Source: an uncultured Gemmatimonadales bacterium (GTDB taxonomy: Bacteria; Gemmatimonadota; Gemmatimonadetes; Longimicrobiales; RSA9). From it: a DNA stretch of 64,000 nt. The notes under the pieces were generated by a model, which saw nothing but the letters and a program-made list of their open reading frames with translations, was not told where the DNA came from and did not search any database. The stretch lies in assembly GCA_963708135.1 (NCBI GenBank), contig OY970192.1, positions 768,001 through 832,000 of the forward strand. Reading direction: 5' to 3'. The translations under genes were made by a program, and so were the position numbers. Position 1 is the first letter of the stretch; each line of letters begins with the position of its first letter. Below are positions 31,437 to 44,048 of the stretch, piece by piece.

Positions 31437-32588
31437 CTACCGCAGCGCACGATCCAGGTCCTCCATCAGGTCCTCCGGGTCCTCGATGCCGGCGGAGAGG
31501 CGGACGAGCCCGTCGGTGATGCCCATGGCCTCGCGCATCTCGCGGGGCACCGAGGCGTGCGTCATGATGGCGGGGTGGTTGACGAGCGACTCCACGCCGC
31601 CGAGGCTCTCGGCGAGGGCGAAGAGGCGGGTCGCCTCCATGAACTTCCGGGCGCGCTCGAGTGAGCCGAGCTCGATGCTGACCATGCCGGTGTAGCCGCG
31701 CATCTGCCGCTGGGCGAGCGCGTGCTGCGGGTGGTCCGAGAGGCCCGGGTAGTAGACGCGCTCGACTGCCGGGTGCTGGGCCAGGTACTCGGCCACGAGC
31801 TGGCCGTTGCGGTTGTGCGCCTCCATGCGCAGCGGCAGCGTCTTGGTGCCGCGCAGCACGAGCCAGCAGTCCATCGGGCCGGGCACGCCGCCCGTCGCCT
31901 TCTGCTGGTAGCGGAGCTCGTCGGCGATCTGGTCGTCGCTCGTGACGACGATCCCGCCGATGACGTCCGAATGGCCGTTCAGGTACTTCGTCGTCGAGTG
32001 CAGCACGATCGTGGCGCCGAGCTCCAGCGGCCGCTGGTTGAACGGCGTCGCGAAGGTGTTGTCCACGGAGAGCGGCACCCCGGCCTCGCGCGCGACGGCG
32101 GCCACGGCGCCGAGGTCCGTGAGCCGCATCATCGGGTTGGTCGGCGTCTCGACGTGGATCAGCCGGGTCTCCGGGCGGAGCGCTTCGCGCACGCGCTCGG
32201 CCTCGCGCGTGTCCACGGGCGTGAACTCGATGCCCAGCTTCGCGAACACGGTCTGGAACATCCGGTGCGTGCCGCCGTAGACGTTCTCCTCGTAGATCAC
32301 GTGGTCGCCGGCGGACAGCCGCTTCACCACGGCCTCGATGGCGGCCAGCCCGCTGGCGAACGCCATCCCGTGGCGTCCACCCTCGAGCGAGGCGACGTTC
32401 TTCTCCAGCGCGCTCCGCGTGGGATTCGTGACCCGCGCGTACTCGTACCCCTCGCGCGGGTGTCCCAGCGACTCCTGGACGTAGGTCGATGTCTGGAAGA
32501 TCGGCGGCATGATCGCGCCGGTCGTCGGGTCCGGCGTCTGGCCTGCGTGGACCGCGCGCGTGGCGAAGCGGTCCTCTCTCTCGCTCAT
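31437..32588 (-). CDS. cystathionine gamma-synthase/lyase (PLP-dependent)
   Basis: ETPTNP, DNTFATP, HSTTKYLNGHSD, AESLGGVESL. Confidence 0.92.
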   Translation of the reverse strand: MSEREDRFATRAVHAGQTPDPTTGAIMPPIFQTSTYVQESLGHPREGYEYARVTNPTRSALEKNVASLEGGRHGMAFASGLAAIEAVVKRLSAGDHVIYEENVYGGTHRMFQTVFAKLGIEFTPVDTREAERVREALRPETRLIHVETPTNPMMRLTDLGAVAAVAREAGVPLSVDNTFATPFNQRPLELGATIVLHSTTKYLNGHSDVIGGIVVTSDDQIADELRYQQKATGGVPGPMDCWLVLRGTKTLPLRMEAHNRNGQLVAEYLAQHPAVERVYYPGLSDHPQHALAQRQMRGYTGMVSIELGSLERARKFMEATRLFALAESLGGVESLVNHPAIMTHASVPREMREAMGITDGLVRLSAGIEDPEDLMEDLDRALR

Positions 32589-32699
32589 GATGGGTCGGGG
32601 TTCGAGCCTCCGCCCGCGCCCCCCGGCGCGGGATCCGGTCGAAGAATAGGGGCCGGGTGGGGCTTGCCGCCACTCCGGCGGCGCTGGCCGGCCGGGGCG

Positions 32700-32910
32700 A
32701 TGAGCCGCGGTGCGAGACGCGAGATGCCGGATGCCGGATGCGGGACGCGGGGTGTGGGGCGCGGGATGCGGGGTGCGCGGCATGCGGGGTGCGGGCGCGG
32801 GACGGGGATGCGTTTGCGGGATGCGGCATGCGCGACGCGGGGCGCGCGACGCGGGGCGCGAGATGCGGGATGCGGCATGCGCGACGCGGGACGCGGGAGG
32901 CGGGGTGCGG
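32700..32910. repeat. degenerate heptamer repeats (GATGCGG/GACGCGG)
   Basis: Visible tandem degenerate units. Confidence 0.6.
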
Positions 32911-33119
32911 GGCTCGGAACGGGAGACCCGAGCGAGATCGCGCACTCGGGGCCATCCGAACCGTCGGGATCCCGATTCTTCCCGGATATCGAGCAAAAGA
33001 GGGATCTCGATGTCGCGGGGACGCGAGCGTTGCGCCATCCTTCTCGAAATCCGATCAACATCGGGGCGGCGAGGCCGCGGCGCTGCTCGACTTGCCGATC
33101 TTGATCGGCCAGGCACGGC

Positions 33120-33830
33120 CCGCCGGCCGCGCCGGCAGGGCACCGCCACCCCCCCCGGCCGCTACCGCCGCCGCCTCCGCCCCCCCCCGCCGCCGCCTCC
33201 GCCCCCCCGCCGCCGCCCCGGCCCCGCGCCCCCGCCGCCGCCCCCGCCCCCGCGCCCCCGCCCCCGCGCCCCCGCGCCCGCCGCCCGCCGCCCGCGCCTG
33301 CAGGGCACCGCCCGCGCCGCGCCCCCCGCCCCGCGCCCCGCCGCCCCGGCCTCGCCGCCGCCGCCCCCGCCCCCGCGCCCCCGCCCCCGCCGCCGCCGCC
33401 CCCGCCGCCCCCGCCGCCCCCGCCGCCCCCGCCCCCGCCCCCGCCCCCCGCCGCCGCCCCGGCCGCCCCCGCCCCCGCCGCCCCCGCCCCCGCCGCCCCC
33501 GCCGCCCCCGCCGCCCCCGCCCCCGCCCCCGCCCCCCGCCGCCGCCCCGGCCGCCCCCGCCCCCGCCGCCCCCGCCCCCGCCCCGCCCCCGCCCCGCCGC
33601 CCCCGCCCCCGCCCCCGCCCCGCCCCCGCCCCGCCGCCCCCGCCCCCGCCCCCGCCCCGCCGCCCCCGCCCCCGCCCCCGCCCCGCCCCGCCGCCCCGGC
33701 CGCGCCGCCCCCGCCGCCCGCCGGCCGCGCCTGCAGGGCACCGCCCGCGCCGCGGCCCCCGCCCCGCGCCCCGCCGCCCCGGCCTCGCCGCCGCGCCCCC
33801 GCCCCCGCGCCCCCGCCCCCCCGCGCGGCG
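33120..33830. repeat. about 700 bp C/G-only low-complexity tract (CCCCG/CCG units)
   Basis: Almost no A/T; CAGGGCACCGCC recurs three times. Confidence 0.85.
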
Positions 33831-34053
33831 GCTCGTCGTCGGGTCGGCCGCTCCGCACGCCGGCCGAGGCCCGCTCTCCCGGGCGGCGGCCTGGACCGGC
33901 CGCCCCCGCCGCCGGTTCGCCCTTGCCCGGCACGGCTCGCCCGGCGATCCTGCGGGGTTCGCCGCCGCGGCCGTGAGCTCCTGCCGTGACGGTGGTTCAC
34001 GCGCCGCTGCCTCGATCCAGATCTCGAGCCCCGACCCCCGAACCGCGAGTCCC

Positions 34054-34887
34054 GTGCAACTTCTCTCCCACACGACGCTCTCGGCCGAGGACGCCTCGCC
34101 GCGGCGGGCCATCCTCTTCCTCCACGGCATCTACGGCGCGGGCCGCAACTGGGCCTCGGTGGCGCGGCGGCTGGTGCGGGCGCGGCCGGAGTGGAGCGCG
34201 GTGCTGGTCGATCTGCGCGAGCACGGCGGCTCGAGCGGCTTCACGCCGCCGCACACGCTGGAGGCCGCGGCTGCGGACCTGGCGCGGCTGGCGACATCGC
34301 TTTCGGTGCCGGTGGACGCCGTGCTGGGCCACTCGTTCGGCGGCAAGGTCGCGCTCGTGTACGCGCGCGCCCACGCGCGAGGGCTCGGGCAGGTCTGGGT
34401 CGTGGACTCGACGCCCGAGGCGGGCGAGCCGCGCGGAAGCGCCTGGGGGATGCTCGGCGTGCTGCGTCGCGTTCCGGGGCCGTTCGAGGAGCGGAGCGAG
34501 GCGATCGCGGCGCTGGAGGTGCAGGGCGTGGCGGGCCCGGTGGCCCAGTGGCTGTCCACGAACCTCGAGTCGCGGGACGGCAAGCTGGTATGGCGCCTGG
34601 ACCTGGAGGCCATGGAGGCGCTGCTCCGCGACTTCTTCCGCACGGACCTCTGGCCCGTGGTCGAGGATCCGCCGGGCGAGCTGCGGCTCCATTTCGTGAA
34701 GGCGGAGGAATCGTCGGTGCTCTCGGAGGTGGCGTGCGCGCGGATCGAGGCGGCCGGGCGGACGAACGGGCGGGTGTTCCTGCACCGCGTCGAGGGCGGC
34801 CACTGGCTGAATGCGGACAACCCCGACGCGCTGCAGGAGCTGCTGGTGAGGCAGCTTCGCGGCGGCCGCGGGTCCCAACCGCCCTGA
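34054..34887 (+). CDS. alpha/beta hydrolase (YbfF-like esterase)
   Basis: LHGIYG, DLREHG, GHSFGG, GHWL. Confidence 0.85.
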   Translation: MQLLSHTTLSAEDASPRRAILFLHGIYGAGRNWASVARRLVRARPEWSAVLVDLREHGGSSGFTPPHTLEAAAADLARLATSLSVPVDAVLGHSFGGKVALVYARAHARGLGQVWVVDSTPEAGEPRGSAWGMLGVLRRVPGPFEERSEAIAALEVQGVAGPVAQWLSTNLESRDGKLVWRLDLEAMEALLRDFFRTDLWPVVEDPPGELRLHFVKAEESSVLSEVACARIEAAGRTNGRVFLHRVEGGHWLNADNPDALQELLVRQLRGGRGSQPP

Positions 34888-35119
34888 CACGGAGGGCTCG
34901 GAGGAAACGGAGAAGACGGAGCGGGGGTGTCGGGTTCGCGGGCGCCTGCCGACGCACCGCGCAGGTGCTGCGACCGTTGACCGATCACGGACGGCGGGCC
35001 AAGTTGGGCGCGCGAGGCCGCCTCCCCCGGGTGTGGCGGCCCCTTTTTTCGGCCATTTTCGCGGGTTGGTGAACGCGTGCCCGCATGCGCATGCGAACCA
35101 GCCGTCTTCCCGAGGAGCC

Positions 35120-36505
35120 ATGGCGTTCGAGATTCCCAGTGGACTGATGGTCAGCGTCTCCGGCGTGCGCGGCCGGGTGGGCGAGGCGCTGGACCCGGAG
35201 GTGGTGGCGCGCTTCGCCGCGGCGTTCGGCGCCTGGCTTCGGGAGGCCGCGGGCGGGCGCCGGGCCCGCGTCGTCCTGGGCCGGGACACCCGCACCTCGG
35301 GGCCGATGTTCGCCCGGGCGGTCGCGGCCGCGCTGCAGTCCGTGGGATGCGACGTCATCGACCTCGGGCTCGCCCCCACGCCGACCACCCTCTTCGCCAT
35401 CCGCCACCACGGCGCCGACGGCGCGATCGTCGTGACGGCCAGCCACAACCCCGTCGAGTGGAACGCGCTCAAGTTCGCCTCCTCGGCGGGGATGTTCCTG
35501 GACGGGGAGCAGGCGGAGCGGATGCGCGCCTATGTTGACGCCCTGCCGATTCCGCGCGCCGGCTGGGACGCCCTGGGCGAGGTCTCGACCGACAGCGGCG
35601 CCATCGAGCGGCACCTCGAGGCGGTCCTCGCGCTGCCCTACCTCGACATCGACGGACTGCGACGTCGCCGATTCCGCGTGGCGCTCGACGCCTGCCACGG
35701 CACCGGCGCCGTGCTGATCCCGCCGCTCCTGGACGCGCTCGGCTGCGAGCTGGTCGGCATCAACCTGGAGCCGGACGGCCGCTTCCACCGCTCCCCCGAG
35801 CCCGTGGCGGAGAACCTGGGCGAGCTCGAGCGGGTCGTCCGCGAGAGCGACGCCGACATCGGCCTGGCCACCGACCCGGACGCCGACCGCCTTTCGCTCG
35901 TCGGCGACCACGGCCGCGCCATCGGCGAGGACTTCACCCTCGCCCTGGCCGCGCAGCTCGTGCTGCGCCACCGCTCCGGCCCCGTCGTCACGAACCTGTC
36001 CACGTCCAGGGTGGTCGAAGACATTGCGGCCGAGGCCGGGGTGGCGCTGGTGCGCACGCCGGTCGGCGAGATCAACGTCGCCCGCCGGATGGAGTCGCTG
36101 CACGCGGTCGTGGGCGGGGAGGGGAACGGCGGGGTGATCCTGCCCGACATCCACCTCACGCGCGACTCCGCCGTGGCGACGGCGCTCGTGCTCCAGCTGC
36201 TGCACGAGACCGCGCAGCCGCTCGACGCGCTGGTGGGCGCGCGCCCCGCGTACACCATCGTGAAGGCCAGGCTGCCGCGCGACGCCGGCTCGCTCGAGGA
36301 CGCCTACGCCCGCCTCGAGGCCGGCCTCGCCGCCCCCGAGACCGACCGGCAGGACGGGCTCCGGCTGGCGTGGCCCGCCGAGGCCCGGTGGCTCCACCTG
36401 CGCGCCTCCGGCACCGAGCCGATCCTACGCATCATCGCCGAGGCGAGGACGCGGGAGCAGGCCGAGGCGTTGGTGGAGCAGGCCCGACAGGCGCTGGAGG
36501 GCTGA
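35120..36505 (+). CDS. glmM: phosphoglucosamine mutase / phosphohexomutase
   Basis: TASHNP, DPDADR, GEGNGG, RASGTEP; next to glmS. Confidence 0.85.
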   Translation: MAFEIPSGLMVSVSGVRGRVGEALDPEVVARFAAAFGAWLREAAGGRRARVVLGRDTRTSGPMFARAVAAALQSVGCDVIDLGLAPTPTTLFAIRHHGADGAIVVTASHNPVEWNALKFASSAGMFLDGEQAERMRAYVDALPIPRAGWDALGEVSTDSGAIERHLEAVLALPYLDIDGLRRRRFRVALDACHGTGAVLIPPLLDALGCELVGINLEPDGRFHRSPEPVAENLGELERVVRESDADIGLATDPDADRLSLVGDHGRAIGEDFTLALAAQLVLRHRSGPVVTNLSTSRVVEDIAAEAGVALVRTPVGEINVARRMESLHAVVGGEGNGGVILPDIHLTRDSAVATALVLQLLHETAQPLDALVGARPAYTIVKARLPRDAGSLEDAYARLEAGLAAPETDRQDGLRLAWPAEARWLHLRASGTEPILRIIAEARTREQAEALVEQARQALEG

Positions 36506-36608
36506 TCTCTCCGGCCGGAGCCTGGCCCTTCCCGGCGCCATCCCCCCGGCCCCCGGCGGCTGATCTCTCCGGCCGCGGGCTGGCCCTTCCCGGCGCCATC
36601 CCCCCGGC
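36502..36608. repeat. about 49-bp direct repeat x2 after glmM
   Basis: CTGATCTCTCCGGCCG..CTGGCCCTTCCCGGCGCCATCCCCCCGGC starts at 36502 and 36560. Confidence 0.75.
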
Positions 36609-36882
36609 GCCGGACGCGAGGACGCGGGGCGAAGCCGAGCATCGTGACCGCGGGCCGAAGCCTCCCGGCGGAGCAGCGTCCGTTCCCGGGTGTAAACATT
36701 GCGGTTGGGGACGATGCGCCGGGAGCCGACGCCGCCCGGGACCCGGGTGACGCGATCGCGCGGATCGACGTTTCCCCGCGTCCTGGCGGAGCGGGGGTGG
36801 AGGGGCATCCTCCCTCCGGCACCCGGACGTCCGGGAAAAAAGGTTTCACCTTCCAGCACCAAAGAACGAGGTCACGCCACGC

Positions 36883-38715
<1,833 letters not shown>

Positions 38716-38913
38716 AGAGCTGGGCTCCGTTCGTCCGCCCGCGTGTCCGGAGGCCGTTTCCCCCGGGGACGCGGAGGAGCGAAGTCATAGCGCTTCACCC
38801 CGCGTTCTCCGCCACCCTGCGTCTCCGCGTGGAACGCTGCCGAGCCATTCGAGGTGCAGGATCTCAGCCCGAGCGCCGCATCGAGACATCCGATCACCAG
38901 CCGAGGCAAGCGC

Positions 38914-39354
38914 ATGCGTGTCGTGCTCCAGCGTGTCGCCCGCGCCGAGGTCCGCATCGGCGGCCGCGTCGCCGGCCGCATCGGCCGCGGCTTCCTGCTC
39001 CTCGTCGGCTTCCGCGAGGGCGACGACGAGGCCACGCTCGCCTGGATGGCCGACAAGGTCGTGGGCCTGCGGCTCTTCGGCGACGCGGAGGGCAAGATGA
39101 ACGTGGCGCTGGACGACGTCGCCGGAGGCCTCCTCGTCGTCAGCCAGTTCACCCTCTACGGCGACACCCGCAAGGGCCGCCGGCCGAGCTTCGTCGAGGC
39201 GGCCCGCCCCGAGACCGCGATCCCGCTCTACGAGCGATTCCTGCAGCTGCTCCGCGCGCGCGCGCCCGGCCACGTCGAGAGCGGCGAGTTCGGCGCCATG
39301 ATGGACGTGGAGCTCGTCAACGACGGCCCCGTCACCCTCATCCTGGAGCGGTGA
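38914..39354 (+). CDS. dtd: D-aminoacyl-tRNA deacylase
   Basis: MRVVLQRV, SQFTL, KGRRPSF, NDGPVT. Confidence 0.93.
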   Translation: MRVVLQRVARAEVRIGGRVAGRIGRGFLLLVGFREGDDEATLAWMADKVVGLRLFGDAEGKMNVALDDVAGGLLVVSQFTLYGDTRKGRRPSFVEAARPETAIPLYERFLQLLRARAPGHVESGEFGAMMDVELVNDGPVTLILER

Positions 39355-40097
39355 TGGCGGCGGGCTTCGATTCCTCTCCAGGCGACGCTTCCCCGTCAGG
39401 CGACGTGTCCCCCCGCCTGATCCTCGCCTCCGCGTCCCCACGGCGGGCGCAGCTCCTCGCCATGCTCGGCCTCCGCTTCGAGATCGTGCCCTCCGGCATC
39501 CCGGAGGAGGGCCTGCATGGCGAGACGCCCGCCGAGCACGCGCGCGGGCTCGCCGAGAAGAAGGCGCTGGCCGTCGCGGCGTCCCATCCCAATGCGCTCG
39601 TCATCGGAAGTGACACGATCGTCGTGATCGACGGCGAGATCGTGAACAAGCCCGAGGATGAGGAGGACGCCGTCGGCATGCTGATGCGGTTGCAGGGCAG
39701 GGAGCACGAGGTGCACACGGGCGTGGCGGTGGTCGAGACGGGCGGGCGCCGCGGGACCCGGCGCGAGGAGCCGGCGGTGAGCGCAGGGATGGACTGGTCC
39801 GTGGCGCAGAGCGGCGCCTTCCCGACGATCGGCTTGCCGCTTCGTCGCGCCAGCGGCACCGAGTCCGTGCGCGTCCGCTTTCGCCCCTTCGACGAGGCCA
39901 CCGCCCGCGCCTACGTGGCCACCGGCGAGCCCATGGACAAGGCCGGCGCCTACGGCATCCAGGGCTACGGCGCCACGCTGGTCGAGAAGATCGACGGCGA
40001 CTTCTTCGCCGTCATGGGGCTGCCGGTCGTGCGGCTGCTCCGGCTGCTGGAGGAGCTCGGGTACCGGTATGATTTCCGGGGGCTCGAGCGGGGGTAG
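39354..40097 (+). CDS. maf: Maf-family nucleoside triphosphate pyrophosphatase
   Basis: LASASPRR, GSDTIV, DKAGAYGIQG. Confidence 0.9.
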   Translation: MAAGFDSSPGDASPSGDVSPRLILASASPRRAQLLAMLGLRFEIVPSGIPEEGLHGETPAEHARGLAEKKALAVAASHPNALVIGSDTIVVIDGEIVNKPEDEEDAVGMLMRLQGREHEVHTGVAVVETGGRRGTRREEPAVSAGMDWSVAQSGAFPTIGLPLRRASGTESVRVRFRPFDEATARAYVATGEPMDKAGAYGIQGYGATLVEKIDGDFFAVMGLPVVRLLRLLEELGYRYDFRGLERG

Positions 40098-40249
40098 ACT
40101 CGCTGGCGCCCCACGCGCGCTCCCTTCGCGGCGGCCGGCGGTTCCAACGGCCTTGACACGGAGGACTCGAAGAGATCGGAGGCAGCGGAGCCGGGCTCTG
40201 GCGGAGCCCTGGACGGTCGCCGCGGAAGCGGGCACCTCCGGACCCCGTG

Positions 40250-40501
40250 ATTCTTTTCGTTCGCCCTGCCGAGGCCCGACGCCCCGCCTACCTCCTGGTC
40301 CGAGTACGAGGCCCGCATGCTGCCGGCGCGGATCAATCGCAATAGCGCCACCAGCACCTTTTCTTTCGTAAAGGACCGTCCGCATTCGGCGACCCAGCCC
40401 ACTTCAGTGCCGCTGTTCAGCATTCAGAGGATGGATTCGAGATCCTCCACGTCATTCGCCAGCGCGCCCAAGACATACATATCAGGAATCGACTCTATCA
40501 T
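40250..40501 (-). pseudogene. decayed lower-GC ORF, possibly an old immunity gene
   Basis: MIESIPDMYVLGALANDVEDLESIL*MLNSGTEVGW...; internal TGA; composition like the toxin cassettes. Confidence 0.35.
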
Positions 40502-40534
40502 TGGTCTCTTCCAGGAGCTTTCGGACGGCAGCTG

Positions 40535-41107
40535 CGTGTCCGTCCGGCAGACGCCCGAACTCGCCCCAGTCCACCTGCGCGTGATACCCGGCGCCGTTTC
40601 TTAGCGCACCGTCAGCTCTTCCAGCCGGTGCCGCTCCGTGCGCAGCGGCCGCACGAACGCCTTGAGCTGGGTGATCTGCCCCGAGTAGCCCTCGGCGCGG
40701 ATCTCCCTCAGCAGCACCGTGACGGGCAGCTCCGGGAGCTTCTTCAGCCGCGCCTCCACATACGCCTTGTACGGATCGAGTAGCGTCCGTCGCGGCGGGC
40801 GCGGACCCTAGGCCGGCGGCTCCTCACCCCTCAGGTACCGCCGCACCGTATTCCGGCTGAGCCCCGTCTCGCGGCCGATCGCGCGGATCGAGCGCTCGCC
40901 ACGCACCATGCATTGAATGTCCAACCAGGCCTCCGTCGAGATCATCCCGGCCTCCGGCTGCGTCACCATCACGAGGGTCCGGGATCGGAAGGTAAGCGTT
41001 TCGAGTCGTGGTCTCCGCGGCTGCGCCGCTACGACCCGACTCACCCGCCGCAGGGTGGGTCAGTTTTCAACCGACGCGAGTGGGTCAACTTTCAACCGGC
41101 GATGACA
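40535..41107 (-). mobile_element. istA: IS21-family remnant: left end plus decayed istA 5' part (ATG at 40945)
   Basis: Terminus TGTCA at 41107 with tandem GGGTCA.TTTTCAACCG-like repeats. Translation SIRAIGRETGLSRNTVRRYL..LLDPYKAY..GYSG..ETAPG/AQVDWGEF has two stops and a frameshift. Confidence 0.85.
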
Positions 41108-41212
41108 ACGCCGAAGAAGAAGGTGCTGGTCGGCATCGCCCGCAAGGCGACGCGCATGATGTTCCGGGTCGCGGTCGAGCGGCGGCTGTACACGGCCGAG
41201 CCGCCGCGGTAG

Positions 41213-41710
41213 GATGACGTAGCAGACAGGCTGGGGCGGGGCGCCGCTGCGCGCTCCCGCTTCCGGCCCGTGCACCGGGTCCAGGCCGGGGCAGAGCGCG
41301 CGAAGATGGATCGAAGGGACCCGCGTGGTCCGCTTCCGAGTGTGGCATTCGCGTACCCCGGCCCTGAGCACGCTCAAGTCTCCCATGTGGGGGTGTTGAG
41401 GGCCCTGCGGGGCGCCTCCGAATACCGACGCGATCGAGCTACGCGTGCTCATGTGGCCGGGGTGCGATTTGACAACAGGAGTCATCCTTTCAGGCGAGAG
41501 GAGCACCGCGTGCTCGCCGGGATGGTGGCCGGGCGTGGATCCGAGGCAGCACGTGAGGGGAGCGATGTCTCCGCCTCCGTCGAGTCGGCTGATCGCGCCC
41601 GGTCCACTCCCGTTGCTGTGACGCGCGGCTGAGGGGCCGGTGCGGATCCGATAATCTGGTCGAGGCGCACCCCGTGCGGCCTCCAAGGTGGCACTCGATC
41701 GCACCGGCCC
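41213..41710 (+). ncRNA. putative bridge/seek RNA of IS110-A (donor-like loop plus 2 target-like loops)
   Basis: Conserved blocks AGTCTCC, ATCGAGCTACGCG, GTGCGATTTGACAAC; stem-loops at 41526-41606 and 41635-41710. Confidence 0.7.
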
Positions 41711-41717
41711 ATCTGGG

Positions 41718-41957
41718 TCACTCTGCCAGCAGTTGGACTTCGAGTATCTCGCCGACCCCCGCCGCGGCGGCCGCTGTTCGATCGACGGAGTCGGGGTCCA
41801 CTGAGCCCCAGTTCAGAACTTCAAGGACATCGTACACAACCTCGCGCCCCGGGGAGTGTGGGTCTACAGACAGAATCTTGGCGACGACCACCTGACCATC
41901 GGCAAACCGCATCCGGACCCTCTGGTTTGCCAGCGGGATGAGTTCGGTAGCCTTCAT
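41718..41957 (-). CDS. putative immunity protein
   Basis: Small ORF directly after the Rhs tip; AGGAG RBS; alternative start at 42008. Confidence 0.65.
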   Translation of the reverse strand: MKATELIPLANQRVRMRFADGQVVVAKILSVDPHSPGREVVYDVLEVLNWGSVDPDSVDRTAAAAAGVGEILEVQLLAE

Positions 41958-41992
41958 CCTTTGCTCCTGTAGAAGTCGCGAGTACCCGGAGA

Positions 41993-42505
41993 TCACTTCC
42001 ACATCCATCGTTGGATGAGGAGGTGGACATTCCCACCAGTCAGTCTATTCTCCAAATTTCCGACCAATTCGCCCGCGTTGAAATGGCCCGCCGGCTTGAT
42101 CTGCGGCGCACGATAGACTCGATCTCCCGCGACTCGACCGATCTCGGCGCCCGCTCCACGAGCGGCTCGAATTGCGCGCCCTCCAGCGGTCCATATGCGG
42201 CCTGCGATGGTAGCCTCTAATTCACTACCGAGCCGAACGGTGACGTTTTTGACCGCGCCTGCCGCCGTTTCCAGAGCGCGTCCAACGCGTCCAGCTGCTC
42301 TCGCGACAGGAGGCATAGGGAGCATCGCCGTCATGCAGGAAATCGACTCAGCACACGTTGCGAGCACGCCACCTGCGTAGTTCAGCGCAGCGTTGCCTTC
42401 TCCCGTGGCGAGACGGTGCGCGTACCACTCTGACGTGCCCGCTTCACAGTTGTTGAAGTCATCATCGGCAGGCGGACACGAACCGAAGGGATCCGTGTAA
42501 GACGC
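41993..42505 (-). pseudogene. orphan Rhs C-terminal toxin tip (possibly an RNase)
   Basis: Open frame beginning ASYTDPFGSCPP, no start codon of its own; ends RVYRAPQIK..NLE..NVHL. Confidence 0.8.
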
Positions 42506-42815
42506 ACCCCTCTACCGCGATTGCCCCGCCTTCCGGCCGACCCAGCAATTCAGCGATCTTATTCGTCTCAAACAGCGTCCCGTACCGTGACCCTGCAGGT
42601 GCAACCCTGAACCGTATCGCTGGGCTGCCGATCGGCTGAAGCCGGGTGGTCGATTCATCGACGTGCTCGGGATTCGCCTCCAGCCTGGCCGGCGTTACGG
42701 TCAACGGTTCGGCTCCGAGCTCCCCACGGCAGGCCTCGGCCGCCGTCTGACCGCGTTTTCTGTCATCGTCCGGTTCACGGTACGTCCCCGGCTCACCTCA
42801 ACCGGGAGACGCACC

Positions 42816-44048
42816 ATGAGCCACTACAAGAAGCGCCAGAGGGCCCAGCGAGCCGCCGCCGTGGTCGGGATCGACGCCGCAAAGCGCAGGCACGCGATGG
42901 TCGTGCGGCCGCGCGGCGGCGAGGACTCGACGCCGATGTTCTTCGAGGCGACGCGCGCCGGCTTCGGCAAGGCCCTGGAGGAGATCGAGGCCTGCGCCCC
43001 TGACGCCGAGCGGCACGAGATCCTGGTCGGCATCGAGTTCGCCGGGAACTACGGCTTCACGCTGGCGCACCACTTCGCGGCCGAGGGCCTCCAGGTCGTG
43101 AGCGTGCTCGGCTCGCACTCGAAGAAGTGGAAGGAGGTCGTCCACAACCAGAGCCTGAAGAGCGACCCGGCCGACGCCGTCACGATCACCGACCTGGCCA
43201 GCCAGGGGCACTTCGTGATCTTCCCCTTCCTCGAGCAGGTATTTGCAGACCTGCGCTACCTCGTGAGCCTGCGCGAGCGCCTGACGAAGCTCCGCACGGG
43301 CGCCATCACGCGCCTCAAGGACGTGCTCCAGGTCGTGTGGCCGGAGTTCGACCGCCGCTTCGGCAACTTCAACCACAAGACGCCGATCGCGCCCCTGGAC
43401 GCCTTCCCGGGGCCCGACGCGCTCCTGAAGGCGTCCAAGCGCCGCATCATGACCGTGCTCCGGAAGGCGAGCCGCGGCCACCTCGGCGAGAAGGCCTATC
43501 AGGAGCTCCGGCACATGGCGGAGCACACCGTCGCCCTTCCGGGGGCCCAGGGCGTGCTCAAGGACGAGATCGCCCTCCAGCTCGAGCTCCTCGCCACCTA
43601 CGAGCGGCAGATGGCCGAGGTCGAGCGGCTCATGGCGGAGTCTGTGTCGAGCGTGCCTGAGGGCGAGGCACTCCTTACGATCCCGAAGCTCGGGGCCGTC
43701 ACCGCGGCGACGTTCCTCGGCTCGATCGGCGATCCGCAGGTCTACGAGTCCAGCCGTCAGGCACTCCGCGTCGGCGGACTGTCGCTCGTCGTCCACGAGA
43801 GCGGCAACCGGCACGGGCGTCCGCGGCTCTCCAAGCGGGGCCGCCCCGAGCTCCGGCGCCAGATGTACATGTTCGCGCTCCGGAGCGTCTCCAACCGGTC
43901 CCTCTACCACGACTACTACCGCCGCATGCTGGAGCGGAACGGTGGCGAGAAGATCCCCGCGCTGGTCGCCGTGATGCGCAAGGCGGCGCGCCTCATGTTC
44001 AGCGTCGCGAAGGACCGGCGCGCCTTCACCATGGAACCACCGCGGTAG
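42816..44048 (+). CDS. IS110-family DEDD recombinase
   Basis: GIDAAK, GIE, KSDPADA (DEDD) and C-terminal HESG..LSKRG..LR. Confidence 0.93.
   Translation: MSHYKKRQRAQRAAAVVGIDAAKRRHAMVVRPRGGEDSTPMFFEATRAGFGKALEEIEACAPDAERHEILVGIEFAGNYGFTLAHHFAAEGLQVVSVLGSHSKKWKEVVHNQSLKSDPADAVTITDLASQGHFVIFPFLEQVFADLRYLVSLRERLTKLRTGAITRLKDVLQVVWPEFDRRFGNFNHKTPIAPLDAFPGPDALLKASKRRIMTVLRKASRGHLGEKAYQELRHMAEHTVALPGAQGVLKDEIALQLELLATYERQMAEVERLMAESVSSVPEGEALLTIPKLGAVTAATFLGSIGDPQVYESSRQALRVGGLSLVVHESGNRHGRPRLSKRGRPELRRQMYMFALRSVSNRSLYHDYYRRMLERNGGEKIPALVAVMRKAARLMFSVAKDRRAFTMEPPR

Larger units (their letters stand above)
41108..42504 (+). mobile_element. IS110-A remnant: recombinase C-terminus, ncRNA region and Rhs tip/immunity cargo
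   Basis: 41108-41212 encodes TPKKKVLVGIARKATRMMF..EPPR*, homologous to the intact recombinases; cut by the IS21 end. Confidence 0.8.

Noticed and set aside
32585..34053. Long Pro/Arg/Gly-rich ORFs
   Set aside because: Artefacts of a stop-free C/G tract.
39735..39850. About 30-aa insertion in Maf
   Set aside because: In frame, no intein or repeat signature; probably a loop expansion.
41462..41476. Group II intron 5' end (GTGCG) or a TTGACA promoter
   Set aside because: No reverse transcriptase or domain V; no -10 box at the right spacing in any of the three copies.
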